Assembly (NCBI RefSeq): GCF_036321535.1
Contig: NC_087436.1
Location: 11,594,001-11,658,000 of the forward strand
From: Camelus dromedarius
Taxonomy: Eukaryota
Reading direction: 5' to 3'
Length of the DNA: 64,000 nucleotides
Numbering within the stretch: the first letter of the stretch is position 1; every line of letters begins with the position of its first letter. The notes below the pieces were generated by a model. The model did not search any database, was not told the origin of the DNA, and saw nothing but the letters and a program-made list of their open reading frames with translations. This document shows positions 1 to 12,070 of the stretch, piece by piece. The position numbers and the translations under genes were made by a program.

Positions 1-429
1 TCGCAGCGACGTGGATGACCCCTCACCTTTCAGCCTGTTGCAGTCTTGCTGTTGCTGAACTGAGTTGAATAACCAAGAACGTAGGAGAGATTGTAGAGGG
101 CTGTAAGCCAAGTGGGCAAATGATTTGAGGAGGTGCCTTTAGCTGAGGCTGATCTGAAACATCAGTACTAATAAAGTAGGGCTAGTTCAATTTTTATGTC
201 CTGGGTTCACTTCCGCTCTCGGTTTACATCTTATTTATTACTCCTGGAGACTTTTCTAACCAGAATCTCTAGGTTTGCAAAAAAGAGCATTTGATCTGGT
301 TTGTCTTGGCCTAATTTTGCTTTAGGAATTTAGAGATTCCCTAGTAAAGTGCTGACCCTGTAAGCAGCCTTCCTTCAGGTGACACTGTTACTGCCGCTTC
401 CTTGTCGGAATGACTGGGTCTTTGGGATC

Positions 430-600
430 GTCATTCACATCAGTCTGCTCCTCAGTTCCCCATCTGGAAAATGGGGATGATAATATTACTTACTTCTCAG
501 GACTTTTGTATAGATGAAGTGAGATTATATATGTAAATATTTTAGCCCTTTACTTGGCACATGGAAAATGTTTAATTAATGTTGGCAGTAATTATCATGG
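430..600 (+). mobile_element. MIR SINE remnant
   Basis: MIR core ctcagttccccatctggaaaatggggatgataat. Confidence 0.75.
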
Positions 601-726
601 TCATCCTTATTTTTTTAATCCTCAATTCCAAAATGTCTTCATATTGTAGGAATAAAAGATTGAAAAAGTCTTAAATTAGACTTTTGTTTGTATTTTATTT
701 TCCACATTTAGAAAAATGTAGTGATT

Positions 727-1054
727 GAACTTACATATAAAACAGAAACAGACTCATAGTCATAGAATACAAACTTGTGGTTGCCAGGGGGGAATGGGGT
801 GGGAAGGGACAGACTGGGAGTTTGCAATTTGTAGATACTGACAGGTATATGTAGAATAGATAAACAAGTTTATACTGTATAGCACAGGGAAATATATACA
901 AGATCTTGGTGAAAAAGAATGTGATAGCTCATGGTGAAAAAGAATGTGACAATGAATATATGTATGTTTATGTTTGAAAAATTGAGCTCTACACTGGAAA
1001 TTGACACAACATTGTAAACTGAGTATAACTCAAAAAAATTAAATTAAAAAAAAA
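727..1054 (+). mobile_element. 5'-truncated L1 3'UTR with A tail
   Basis: Artiodactyl-type L1 3'UTR (acagactcatag...ctgtatagcacagggaaatatatacaagatc); TSD gtagtgatt at 718-726 and 1055-1063. Confidence 0.88.
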
Positions 1055-1551
1055 GTAGTGATTAACTTAAAGTGACAAGGTCAAGGTTAGTTTTCTTTCC
1101 CTTCAAGAGGTAGCACTTAGAGAGTCTCCAAACTACTTGAGCCGTAGACATCCAGAGACATGGATGCTTGGAGATAGGAGATCTTATTTAATATGTCTTT
1201 ATTTTTCTTCTCTATTTCCTTTATAATCTAAACTACATTTCAATTTTCCTCTGTTCTTTTTTTTTTATTTCTGTCTAATGGCTCTCACCTCTTTATGTTT
1301 TAGCTGACATGCAATTTGTGAATAAATGCGTTTTGCCTAATGATGGGAATGAGGCCCTGAAGATGTTTTGGTTCTATAAGGATTCCTAGGTATCTCAGTT
1401 AACTAATGGATGGGTCCTTGTAGTTCATCCTGCTTCTGCCTGAGAGTGCTAGGTCAGATCTTAGACTGCTGTGCACTAAGGTAGATGCAAAATAGGGGTA
1501 CTGTGTTAATTTCTGACACATATAAACGTGAATTGAGTACCTCAGGTGTGA

Positions 1552-2208
1552 TTTTTTTTTTACAACTTTATTGAGGCATATTTTACATAGGATCTCCCCA
1601 TTGTAGAGTTTAGTGATTTTTAGTAAATTTACTGAGTAGTACCACCATCACCGTAAATCAACTTTACAACATTTTTACTCCCACATAATATTTTTGAGGT
1701 TCATCCATGTTGTAGTGTGTATCATCAGTTTGTTCCTTTTCATTGCTGAATAGATTCCATTGTGTGAACGTGGCATATTTGGACTATCCATTTATCAGTT
1801 GATCCATTTATCATTTAGGTTGTTTACAGTTTGGGGCTCTTATGAATAATGCTGCTGTGAACATTCCTGTGCAGTTCTTTGTGTCAACCGATGTTTTTAT
1901 TTCTCGTGGTGGTAGATACCTATGAGTGGAATTCCTGGGTCATATGATAAATTTATATTTAAATTTTTAAAAATTGCTATGCTATTTTCCCAAGTGGCTA
2001 CACTGTGGCTACACTGTTTTACATTCCTACAGTCATGTGTGAGTTCCCATTTCGCCACATCCTTGCCAACACTTGTTACTCTCTGTTTTTGTTTTTTTCT
2101 TTCAATTGTAGTCATTCTAATGGGTGTGAAATGGCATCTCTTATAGTTTTAATTTGCATTTCTCCAGATGACGAAAGATGTTGAGCATCTTTCATGTGCT
2201 TGTTAGGC
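1552..2208 (-). mobile_element. Old L1 (L1M-type) 3' fragment
   Basis: T-run, then reverse L1 3'UTR and ORF2 C-terminal sequence (ttttaatttgcatttctc...gatgttgagcatct). Confidence 0.85.
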
Positions 2209-3324
2209 TAGACTTTATGGTTCTTCAGCATGAGATGCTGTTTACCTTTCTGGCAATCTTTGTAATTTTCTTCTTTTGAATCCACTAAATGGTCTACAGA
2301 TCAGCAGAGAATAGGTAAAGAAGATATGAAGGTTTCGTCTAGGTGGTTTAGTGTGCATGTATTTATTTAAGATTTGCTGGGCTGTGAGCCTGTTGTTTCT
2401 TTCTGTTTTCCTGGTCTGAAAACTCTGTTATAGTTATATTATCTGTCATAAACAACATGGTTCAGGCCACAAGTAGACCTTGGCACACTCTGTCATGCCG
2501 CGATGTTTGTGTCTTCTTGCTCAGTGATAAGCAGTAAACACAAGTGTTTGCTGTGGCACAGGGCACGCTGCACTCCTGTGCCCCGTGACTCACCTGCTAG
2601 GAAGTGCGGCTCTACAGATGTTCTTTCTGGCCCTTGTTTTTCATCTCCTGTAAGCTGTAGGTGAATTTTTTATTCAAATTAAATCACCTAAAAAAGAATT
2701 CTGTTACTCATCGTAGTTTGAAGTTTTAGGGTAGAGAAGGCGGTGAAAAGTAATTCTGTGATGTAGTCACAGGCTTTTTTGTGAGTTATGGGCCAATTTA
2801 GATCAAGGCCAGGTTGTTTAACTGTACTTGAGAAAGAATATGTCGAATTGGGTTCCTGTGTTTTTAAATGACTTGTTTGTTTGCAAATGTGGCCGTTTTC
2901 CTTAAATACATTGGCAGCTTCTTTGGTGCCACTGGCTAAAATATCTGAAATCTAGTGGGTAATACTGAATTTTTATTTTTACTCTTCTTTTCTAAGGGGG
3001 CTTTTGGATACTTTCTTTTGTCATATTGAACATGATTTAGTAAGGTAAATTAAAAAAGGAAAAGATGGATTATCATTTGATTAAGATGTGAGAGTTTTAA
3101 AAAGTTGTGTGCATGTTGTATTTGTCTAAGATTCATGCTTTCCTTCATCAAGGGGCACTTGTTGAGCATCTTCTGTATGCTATGCATTATCCTAGGCTTT
3201 GGGGAGAGGAGGAAAGGTTAGACAGAGAGGAAACATAAAGAAAAGATAGTTTTCTCTTATCACTGACTCCTGTGAAGGACATTAAACAGGGCAGTACTGC
3301 ACATAAAGTGCGTAACTGAGAATG

Positions 3325-3790
3325 CGTTAGTCTGCATATAACAGGAAACACCCCTTAACTGGTTTTAATAGCAAGGAAATATATTCTCTCATAACTCCAA
3401 AACAGGCTGGGCACCAGTCATGATCGGATCGTCAGGGAACCTCTTCCTGTCTCGCTACCTGCTGTCCTCAGTAAAAATTTTATCCTATGGTTGCTTCCCT
3501 TCCTGAATGCAAGTTGCCTACCAGAGAGGACCCGGCATCTCGAGGAGGGAGGGGCATTGTCTCTCTCTTATTTTCTTTGAGACCTGGGAGACCTTTCCCA
3601 GAAGTTACTCAAACTAGACCCAAACTGGCAGGTAATGCATTTATCATGTTTGCCTTAGATCAGGTGAAGAGTTGGGAAATTATGTACCAAGCCACCATAG
3701 CCAGGGGCTGGCAGGGGCATTCAGGCCAGCTTGCCAGAATAAAGATACCTGTGTGTTGGTGGCTTCTTTGTGACTTAAGACTAATAACAA
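3325..3790 (-). mobile_element. MaLR (MLT1-like) LTR remnant
   Basis: Degenerate MLT1-like motifs; family assigned by eye. Confidence 0.45.
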
Positions 3791-4736
3791 ACGAAAGGAC
3801 AGTAATGAGTAGAGCAGATGACCAAAGGAACTTGAAGAGTAATGGAACAAAATTTTATAAACGTAGCTGTAAATTTGTCATTCAGTTCTTAGGGTTTCAG
3901 AATATTATAAAGGCTACTATATTATATTTTTATAATTTTTTCCAGATATTTTTATGTACTAAATAATAACTGAAATTGGAATCATATGAAATTTTTATTG
4001 AAATGATCTTAGGATTTGCCCTCCTAAACCTGTTCACTGTTTAGAACTTCAGAATGGGTAAATAAAGTCACCAGTTTGTGCTGGGCTTCAGGAGTCCTGA
4101 TTAAGGTCCTTGGGGTGGAAATGTTTCTATCCATACAGATGTCCATAAACTTTTACAGTTTGGAGGACTTCATTCTTTTGTCAAAAAAAAGTAGGGATGG
4201 TGCAGTGTTCACCAGTGAAGTGCTTCCTTTGCTCGGCATGAATAGTGCGTGTTCAGTACATGTTTGCTGATCCAAATCCTTTGGAGCTAGGCTACCCATA
4301 TTCAAGACTAATTTAAGTGTTACTGTGCTAAGTCAAGATGCTACATTTTGAGTTGGCACTTGTGTTACTTTTCATTCTTCTGGTCTTTCACTCGTCCAGC
4401 CAGTACGTATGGGGTATCTACTATATGTCAGGCACTGTGGGTAAGACAGAAGTCATGCCTGTCCTCAGGGAGCTGGGGGGATCCAGGTGGGGAGAATCAG
4501 GTATTATTATGACAGAGTGGATTTGTAAAAGATCCCCTTGGGTGAGAGCCTAACCCAGTCTTGGGTCATCAGCAAGTAAGGCTACCTAGAGAGGTTCCAG
4601 CTGAATCTTGAAGAATATGTGGGGGTTGTCCGGGGGAATGAGGACACAAGGAGACAGACGATGAAGCGTGACAGAGCACTGAGGTAGGAAAAAACTGTGG
4701 AAAGTTCCTTCCTGAAGTATTTTTAAGGCTAGAAGT

Positions 4737-4914
4737 GAGGGGGGAAGGGCAGTGCAGGGGTGAGGAGGTGGGAGGTACAACTTCTGGGTGTTAAGATGGG
4801 CCACGAGGATGTATTGTACAACAGGGGGGATAGCCATCATTTTATAATAACCGTAAATGGCGTGTAACCTTTACAAAATGTATAACAAAATTTTTAAAGT
4901 GACAAGAAACAAAG
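4737..4914 (+). mobile_element. Short L1 3' end inserted into an L2-like remnant
   Basis: ggatgtattgtacaacagggggga...aaatggcgtgtaacctttac; TSD aaggctagaagt (4725-4736) / aagactagaagt (4915-4926). Confidence 0.8.
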
Positions 4915-6556
4915 AAGACTAGAAGTAGGAGAGAGGAGGCTGAATAGCGAAGCACTGTGGGACATGGAAGGGGCCTGCATGCCTGGACCTGGAGCAGCTG
5001 AAGGCTCTTGAGTGCCACAGTCAGATGTGCGGAGTCCGGCCTGGAGGGAGGGAGGAGTTAGGAGGCGGCTGCGGGGGTGTTGGCAGCAGGTGGTGGGAGC
5101 CCGGGGGTGCAGCAGCAGAAGTGGGGAGAGGAGGTGAGGGGGCGATGTCTGTGTGGATGTCCCAGTTTAGCTTCAGAGTTCTGCATGAGCAAAAACACAA
5201 GGAAAAAACCTTCCTCCCGAGAGGGACTATAGGAAGTCAAAAATGTTACAAGATAAACTCTTTATAGTATCCTTGGGCATCTTTTTAAAATTCAGTATCA
5301 GAAATAAATCTCTATAGACCCAGCAAAGGGGAGTAAGTAAAGTAATGCATAACAAATAAAATAAGCTCTGAATAGTCTTTAAACTCTCTTTAATATGTGT
5401 TTTGATTCTTAGTAGTTAACTAGAATTTCTAAACTGTGAACAGAATCTATGGCAAGCCATTTGTTTTTGTTACTATTTTTGTAAATTAATATGAAAAATA
5501 AAGATTAAAGCATTTTTAAAGCAGTATGTGATAGAGATTGAATTTGTTGAAAGTAGATGCAGTTTTCTGGGGAGAGAAACTATTAAAAATGACACATAAG
5601 GGATGTGTGAATCAGCACAGTGCATCTTCTAGCAACACCTTAGAACTGTAATATTAGACTGTTCGGCAGAGGACTGACAATTATTTTAGTCATATATGTA
5701 AAGTCAAGTCTAACTTGTTTTTGTCTAAGTCATAGCTAAGTCCTGAGGAGTGCATTCACTCCTTCAGAACTCAGTACGTGGTTTTGTACTTGTCTGGCCC
5801 TAGAGTTGAATTAGAGGGGCCTTCTCTAAAGTCCAAGTGAGAATTACCAAGGTGTCTTCACTTTTGGCACAAAAGAGCTTTCAGATCCCATCTAATTACA
5901 AGATCCAGAGAGAGTAGGACAGAGGGAGGTGTTTTATATGCAGATGAAGAATTATATTCCCATGTTCCTTGACCCTGCTTTTGTCCCCTCTTTTCTTTAA
6001 GTTTCCTCTCCTTGAAAGAACAAACATGCTCCGGCAGCGGACACATAACGCAGTCCCTTGTCTTCCTGCTGTATAGGCACAAAACAGGAGCCTGTCATTA
6101 ACTTTCTCTCTTCCTCCGTAATACCTGTTCCCCCTCCAAAGTAGCACAATAGTTTCTCAGGTATTTTAGCTCTTAGAACAGCTTCTTTCTGAGATCTTGT
6201 CAGAGATAACGTCCAGGGAAGGATGCAGTTAAATATACATCACCATTATTATTTCTCTCCTCCCAAGGTTTGTGTCTGCAAAGGAATTTTGTGTAATTAT
6301 GGATTCCTATAGGCTTTTCAGATAGTTTATGGTCACTGACAGTGCACTGTACTTGAAAAAGAAACTTTCAAAAAATCTTGAGGCCATTGTGTTTTTTCTA
6401 CCAGGCAGTGCTGATTATGGTGAAGGTGAGGTATGGTGGCATTGTTTTTCATGCTGCTTTTATCTTTGAAACCAAATGAATGTAGAACTAAACCTAAACC
6501 TTTTTGCTAAGGTGTCTGTTAGCACTCAACATTATTTTTAGACTGCCTTGATTTTA

Positions 6557-6860
6557 TTTTATCTTATTTATTAATTTACCTTTTTATTGAACTACAGTCA
6601 ATTATAATGTGTCAATCTCTGGTGTACAGTGCAGTGTCCCAGTCCTGCATATACATACATATGTTGTTTTCATATTTTTTTCCATTAAAGTTTATTACAA
6701 GGTATTGGACTTAGTTCCCTGTGCTATACAAAAGAAACTTTAAAAAAAAATCTATTTTTATATATAGTGGCTAACATTTGTAAGTCTCAAACTCCCAAAT
6801 TTATCCCCTCCCAGCCCCTTTCCCTGGTAACCATGAGATTGTTTACTAAGTCTGTGTAGA
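6557..6860 (-). mobile_element. 5'-truncated L1 3'UTR
   Basis: Reverse complement related to the 727-1054 type; TSD gccttgatttta at 6545-6556 and 6863-6874. Confidence 0.85.
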
Positions 6861-7498
6861 TGGCCTTGATTTTAATTGAAATTTTCTTTCCCCATTTAGT
6901 TGCTTATGTCTATTTCTTGGGTCATTTTACATTGTCCACACACATGTGTCCAAAGCTGCTTCTTACTCTCCCTAAGTCCCCTAGGTTTAGAGGCCATCCC
7001 TTCTCTTTTCTGCTTCCCCATTTCTTTCCACAAGAGAGGATCATATTTATGACCCCTGAATGCTTAATTAGTTCTGTGGGTATCAGGAGGGAGGTCTCGC
7101 ACCACTTGGTAGCAGGCAGTGATGTAGAAGGGCACCTGGCTTTAGTAGTAAATGCTGGGGTGGAAAGGACTTCAGGATGAAATTGCCACAGATGACAAAT
7201 AGGAACAGAACTCCAGTGGGAGGCCCGTTGCTTTGGACATTGACTCATTGGCTTTTGTCTTGTATTCCTTCAGCATCTTACGTAATCTGTGTTCTGTTTC
7301 CTGCCAGAGAAGCCCATCCTCCCTGAGGGCGGGGCCTCTGAATGCAGCACCCCAGCAGCACGGACATGGTTGGGAGTGAGCACTGTGAACCTGGGGGCTC
7401 TCTTCACCAACTCATTGCTGTTGGCCGAAGGGGGTGACTCCGTGTTCTAGTCTTGAGTAGAAATTTGAAAGGAACAGAAACTGCTCAAAAGCATTGGC

Positions 7499-7945
7499 TA
7501 TTGGAAAAAAAAAAAAAAAGCACAGCCTAAAAGTTGAGATTTATGTTTTATTTGACAGACTTGCTGAGGACTTAAACCCAGGAGACAGCCTCTCAGATCA
7601 CTCTGAGGGAGGAGCCAGGATAGGAGTTTTTGCAAAAACAAACAAACAAACAAACAAACAAAAAACCCCAGGTAGTCAGAACATCAAAAGATTACTGTTA
7701 ATTAAAGAAAAACCAGACATCTCAAGTTGTTGAATTTAGCACTTTTTTACGTATGGGAAGATGCAAGAGTCTGAGCTCATTGAAATCATTCCTTTGATGT
7801 GCACCTTAACTAACTTGGGCCAGTGTCCTGTGGGTTTTTTTTTTCCCCATCCTGAATTCCCTCAGGGGTGGGAGGAGGGGTGGCTGCAGTGGCTGATGGC
7901 TTGATGGCCACAGCATCCTTTGTTTACTGGTACGGCAGGCGAATG
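7499..7945 (-). mobile_element. ERV1-class solo LTR (cetartiodactyl MER41-like, tentative) with an internal (AAAC)n run
   Basis: gcacagcctaaaagttgagatttatgttttattt (AATAAA on the minus strand)...ggaagatgcaagagtctgagctcattgaaatcattcc; family name from memory. Confidence 0.65.
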
Positions 7946-8201
7946 GAGGGCATGTAATGCCACGGGTGTGAGAACTCATGCGGTTGGACCTGTGGCACGT
8001 TCATCAGGGTGATGTGATTTTCAGGTATAAGTGGGTAACAGAAGTACTTCGTGTGGTTTGCTCAGGTAAGCTTTTAAGAGATGTGGGGGGGATGCTGTAG
8101 GCCTGCGACGTGGCTGATTGTGGTGCCCAGGCCGCCTGCCTGGGCCTTGGTCTTCCCACCGAGCTTCTGCTGCGGCCTCAGCCTTGCTTCTTGTGTTTTA
8201 G

Positions 8202-8323
8202 GTGAGATGAGTGAGAGCCGAGCAAAGAGAGTTCGAATCAAGGAGGTGGACGGCTGGACCCTGAGGATGCTGATTGACTATGTTTACACGGCAGAGATTC
8301 AGGTGACAGAAGAGAATGTGCAG
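8202..8323 (+). CDS. KLHL2: KLHL2 internal coding exon (BTB domain; probably exon 4), 122 bp, phase 1 to 0
   Basis: Acceptor ttgtgttttag at 8191-8201, donor CAG|gtaagt; encodes (G)EMSESRAKRVRIKEVDGWTLRMLIDYVYTAEIQVTEENVQ, recognised as KLHL2. Exon number is from memory of the human gene. Confidence 0.97.
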
Positions 8324-8839
8324 GTAAGTGTGACACCTCATACCCCTTGGTTCTTCACACAGGCCAGTGTTCTAATGCAAAAGAGCACACGCCTACATGG
8401 ACACCTTGTACCAGAGTAGTAGAATCTGTTGTCAAAACTGTGTTTCTAGGAGGCATTTAGAAGATTCTAGCTTTTTAATAATGTTCCTGATTTCAGTATC
8501 TTTACTCTTAAAGTTCTAAGATTCTAATCTTTTAGTTCCCTGAATGATGCTTGTTCTTTTATGAAGACGTGGTCATGTTCATTTATAACTACTGGTCAGT
8601 GCTGCCCACATTTTCCTTTATTCTCCAGAAGGTTAAGTCTGTAAAGGGTGCTTTTGATGCCAACAGCCTTTACTTCTTATATTATTTCAGTGTCTTCTAT
8701 TAGTGATTTTAGAGTTTAGCTAAAATTTGACATTGTATCTCTTTTACTTTCCATAAGGAACAAATGTTATACATATATATGATGTAAATGTTTAAATAAT
8801 ACAGGTGTATTTGGAGTAGGAAGTGAAAGCTCCTCTTTA

Positions 8840-9003
8840 TTTTATTTTTAATATTTTATTTATTATTGTGTTATTTAATTATTTTATTTTGGTGGGGGCA
8901 GTAGTTAGGTATATTTATTTTTGGAGGAGGTACTGGGGATTGAACCCAGGACTTCATGCATGCTAAGCATGCAGCTCTACCACTTGAGCTATACCCTCCC
9001 CCC
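8840..9003 (-). mobile_element. Camelid tRNA-derived SINE (Vic-1-type)
   Basis: Reverse complement of ggggagggtatagctcaagtggtagag...gtcctgggttcaatccccagtacctcc; TSD tgaaagctcctcttta (8824-8839) / tgaaaatccctcttta (9004-9019). Confidence 0.9.
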
Positions 9004-9551
9004 TGAAAATCCCTCTTTAAAACAGTTCTTCTCTTCACACGCACCCATCCCATGCTCTTTGGTTCACTCTCTTCCTCAGAGGGTAGCCTCTGTTATCTGT
9101 TTGGTGTTAATCTTTTCAGACCGTTTTCTGTGCAGTTATACACACACACAGACAGAATTTTCTTGACATAAGTATATTTTTACTATACCCATGCTTTGTA
9201 ACTTGCTTTTGTCCCTGAACAGTGTCTTAGAGTTCTTCCCATGTCAGTACCTCTCGATCCAGCTCATTCTTTTGTGTGGTATACCACATGTTAATCAGGG
9301 TGTATGAGTTTTCACCTTGACAGAAATGCTGCACTGAATGTACATTTTTATATTTGCATCCAAAAATTTCATGGGCTAGATCCTCAAAATGTAATTGGTA
9401 GATCAAAAGGTACATGCATGTTTTAATTGTTGATAGATATGCCAAATTACTGTCTAAATGTTTGTATTTATTTATACTCCTTCTGGTAGGTAGACTGTGT
9501 TTTGAGGACAGTAAAAAGAACTAGAACTAACTTCTTAAAAGATAATCTCTA

Positions 9552-9682
9552 GGCGGGAGGGTATTCGCTCAAGTTGTAGAGCATGTGCTTAGCATGTGCG
9601 AGGTCCTGGGTTCAATCTCCAGTACCTCCATTAAAAAAGAAATTAAATAGATTAACCTAATCCTCCCCCCCCCAAATAAAAG
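9552..9682 (+). mobile_element. Camelid tRNA-derived SINE (Vic-1-type)
   Basis: A/B-box head, A-rich tail, TSD ataatctcta on both sides. Confidence 0.9.
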
Positions 9683-11686
9683 AAATAATCTCTAAATTCC
9701 ACTTGGACAAATAGGATATTGTGGGGTTCAATCTTTTGTCCCTTGTAATTAGTTGAAATGTGCTCCCAAATATTTGAATTTGGAGACTAAAATCTTTGCA
9801 CTGTAACTTATTAAGGCATGCTGTTACTAAACCTTAAAACTGGCAGTGGTGAAGCCTCCTGGTGATCTTTCCTAGATGGCTTCAGGTAGCCTCTGCTTGG
9901 AAGTCCCATTCATGAGGCAGAGCATTTGAAAAACCTTGGTTGATACTGAAGTCGTGTGCAAAGGTGGGAATCAGACACTAGGTGAACTTTTTTAACAGGG
10001 AGGAAAATGATTGGTACATGTCATCTCGCTCTGGTCTTTTCTGTACAGTTACACTGTTTGCTGGATTCTGGGCTTTGTTTTCGACAAGACCCTTATCTTG
10101 GGTTTCTTGTTCCTTTTTATTCATTTGAGTGCATGAGTGTCATTGTGCCCTATATCTGATTTTCTGTAAATGCATTTCTGATTGGATTCTTTGATTCATA
10201 TAATGCATCACATGGGGGGATATTGCAAAAGATGAAGGTTTAAGAGACTAAACTGTGAATTCAGCCCTGACTGCTGTTTGTAGTAGATCTTGCGGTGGAG
10301 ACATTGACCTGTGAGGATCTGGGAGAACGCCTCTCATGTTTCTTTTAATAACAACCACAGTTCAGTCCTGAAGTGTTAGTCATCACAGCCTCTCAGAATA
10401 CCTCTTGCCGTGCTAATTTGCGTTTTGTGTGTATTGCTAGCTCTTACAGGAATACATTCAAAAAGTTGTATTTGGCAGACTCCTTAAATGTTTAACATTC
10501 ACATTGTTTTCTGTTATTTTTTAGGAAGAGGGATGTTCTTCAGTATAGGAGTATCTTGGTATATGAGGCCTTATTTTGTACTCCATTGAAAAACACTTGT
10601 TTGGAAAAGTCATTTGGAAATAAAATTCATTAAAATAAGCTACCTTTTCCATAAGAAGTATTTTTCAGTGAAATACAAAATAAGGGTTTACCCAAGATAC
10701 ACCAGACTGCTCTTTTGTCTATTTTGTGTATTTTTGTCTGTCTGTACTTTGTTAAATCTTTCTTCTGAGTGCTGTTCACCTTAAGGAAAGGAGTGGTTTT
10801 AGGGAGGAACCTGGTGTTCTTCTTAATGTGAAGCTAAAGTTTAAAATGGCCCCAACTAGAAGCCTGCTCTGGGTGTATCTGCCTTGTGAGCTCTGACTGT
10901 GAGGGCAGAACTCTCTGTAGTTCAAAGGTATATTGTTGTAGGTCGATTTTCTCAGTAGATCTAGAATCTCAGTTACTTGTCAGGTAACCTCCCTTTTTGT
11001 TAAGTTTCTGTTTTAGTAGTGAAGAACAGTTTTAGGATAGCAGGTGTCTTACCCTTTTACTTTGTGATTGCAGGTTTTTATGTAGGATCATAGTGCCAGA
11101 GAATGCTGAGGTCCAGCTGTCTTAGAGTCAGTTGGTGACAGAACAGGACCGTAACGTTCGTTTCCATGATTCCCAGTTTAGGGTGCCTTCTGTGATACTA
11201 TACAGTCTCCTTATTGTACAGATTTAAAAAATATATGTATAATAGCTATTTGAAGTGAAGATTGTTGACTTTGAGTCAGAATGAGGGAATGAAGTAATTT
11301 TTCAAATTCTTAACTCTAAAGAAGGAACAACTGACACTGTGTTATATAAGTAACGGCTTTAATTCTTGGCTGTTTAAGATTTCCTTTTTTTTTTTTTTTT
11401 TTCTTTTGGTGTTGCTGTTGTTTTTTTGTTTAGGTTTTCAAACTTTGGTTGGAGTTTGGATATTTGCTTTTAATTATGGGAAAGTTGGGGAACAATTTGA
11501 GCCAAATGAATTTATTTATTTTTTTAAGGAGAATACGTATCTTACCATGACCCCACTTTCAATTGAACTTTTTTTGTTGTTGCTATTGAATAATTTAAAT
11601 TACTTGTATTTAAAGTTTCCAGTCCCGTTTCATAAACTTCATAGATCTGGGAACAGAGAAAATAAAGCCAAAGGCTATCATAAAAG

Positions 11687-11885
11687 TAGGCCTTGAGACT
11701 TTTTTGGGGTCATGGCCTTCTTTGAGAAGCTGATGAAAAACTATGGGCCCTTTTCCAAATCAAGTGCACATAAGCTTATATGCACAAAGTTCTGCATGCC
11801 CTTTCAGAGAATTTATGTACTTTGTTGTTCCCTCCCCAGTCCTCCTGCCAACCCGCCCCCCCCTCCCCCCGTTAAGAATCCTTTA
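11687..11885. mobile_element. hAT-Charlie-type DNA transposon remnant
   Basis: tttggggtcatggccttctttgagaagctgatgaaaaactatgg...gttaagaatcc; assigned by eye. Confidence 0.55.
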
Positions 11886-11939
11886 CTGTCTCTCTCTCCG
11901 TATGTATATATAAAAGGAGTTTCCACATGGGTTTATTTT

Positions 11940-12070
11940 CAGCTATGTGCTAGGCATTTTACATCTGTCTCATTTGATATTTACCATCATGTTAGACAGA
12001 AATTCCTCCACTTTGCAAATGAGGAAGCTCAAGAAGTTTAAGTAATTAGTTCAACGTCACAGAGCAGCTA
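11940..12070 (-). mobile_element. MIR remnant
   Basis: ccactttgcaaatgaggaagctcaagaagtttaagtaattag...gtcacagagc. Confidence 0.7.

Noticed and set aside
3487..3966. 159-aa ORF
   Set aside because: Overlaps a MaLR-like remnant; no recognisable domain or splice context.
5040..5150. G-rich tract, possible G-quadruplex or promoter
   Set aside because: Short, irregular G-runs within an L2-like remnant; no other support.
10505..10565. Strong-looking acceptor ttttctgttattttttag at 10507-10524 (possible cassette exon)
   Set aside because: Only a weak donor follows, and such sites are common in T-rich introns; no support without RNA data.
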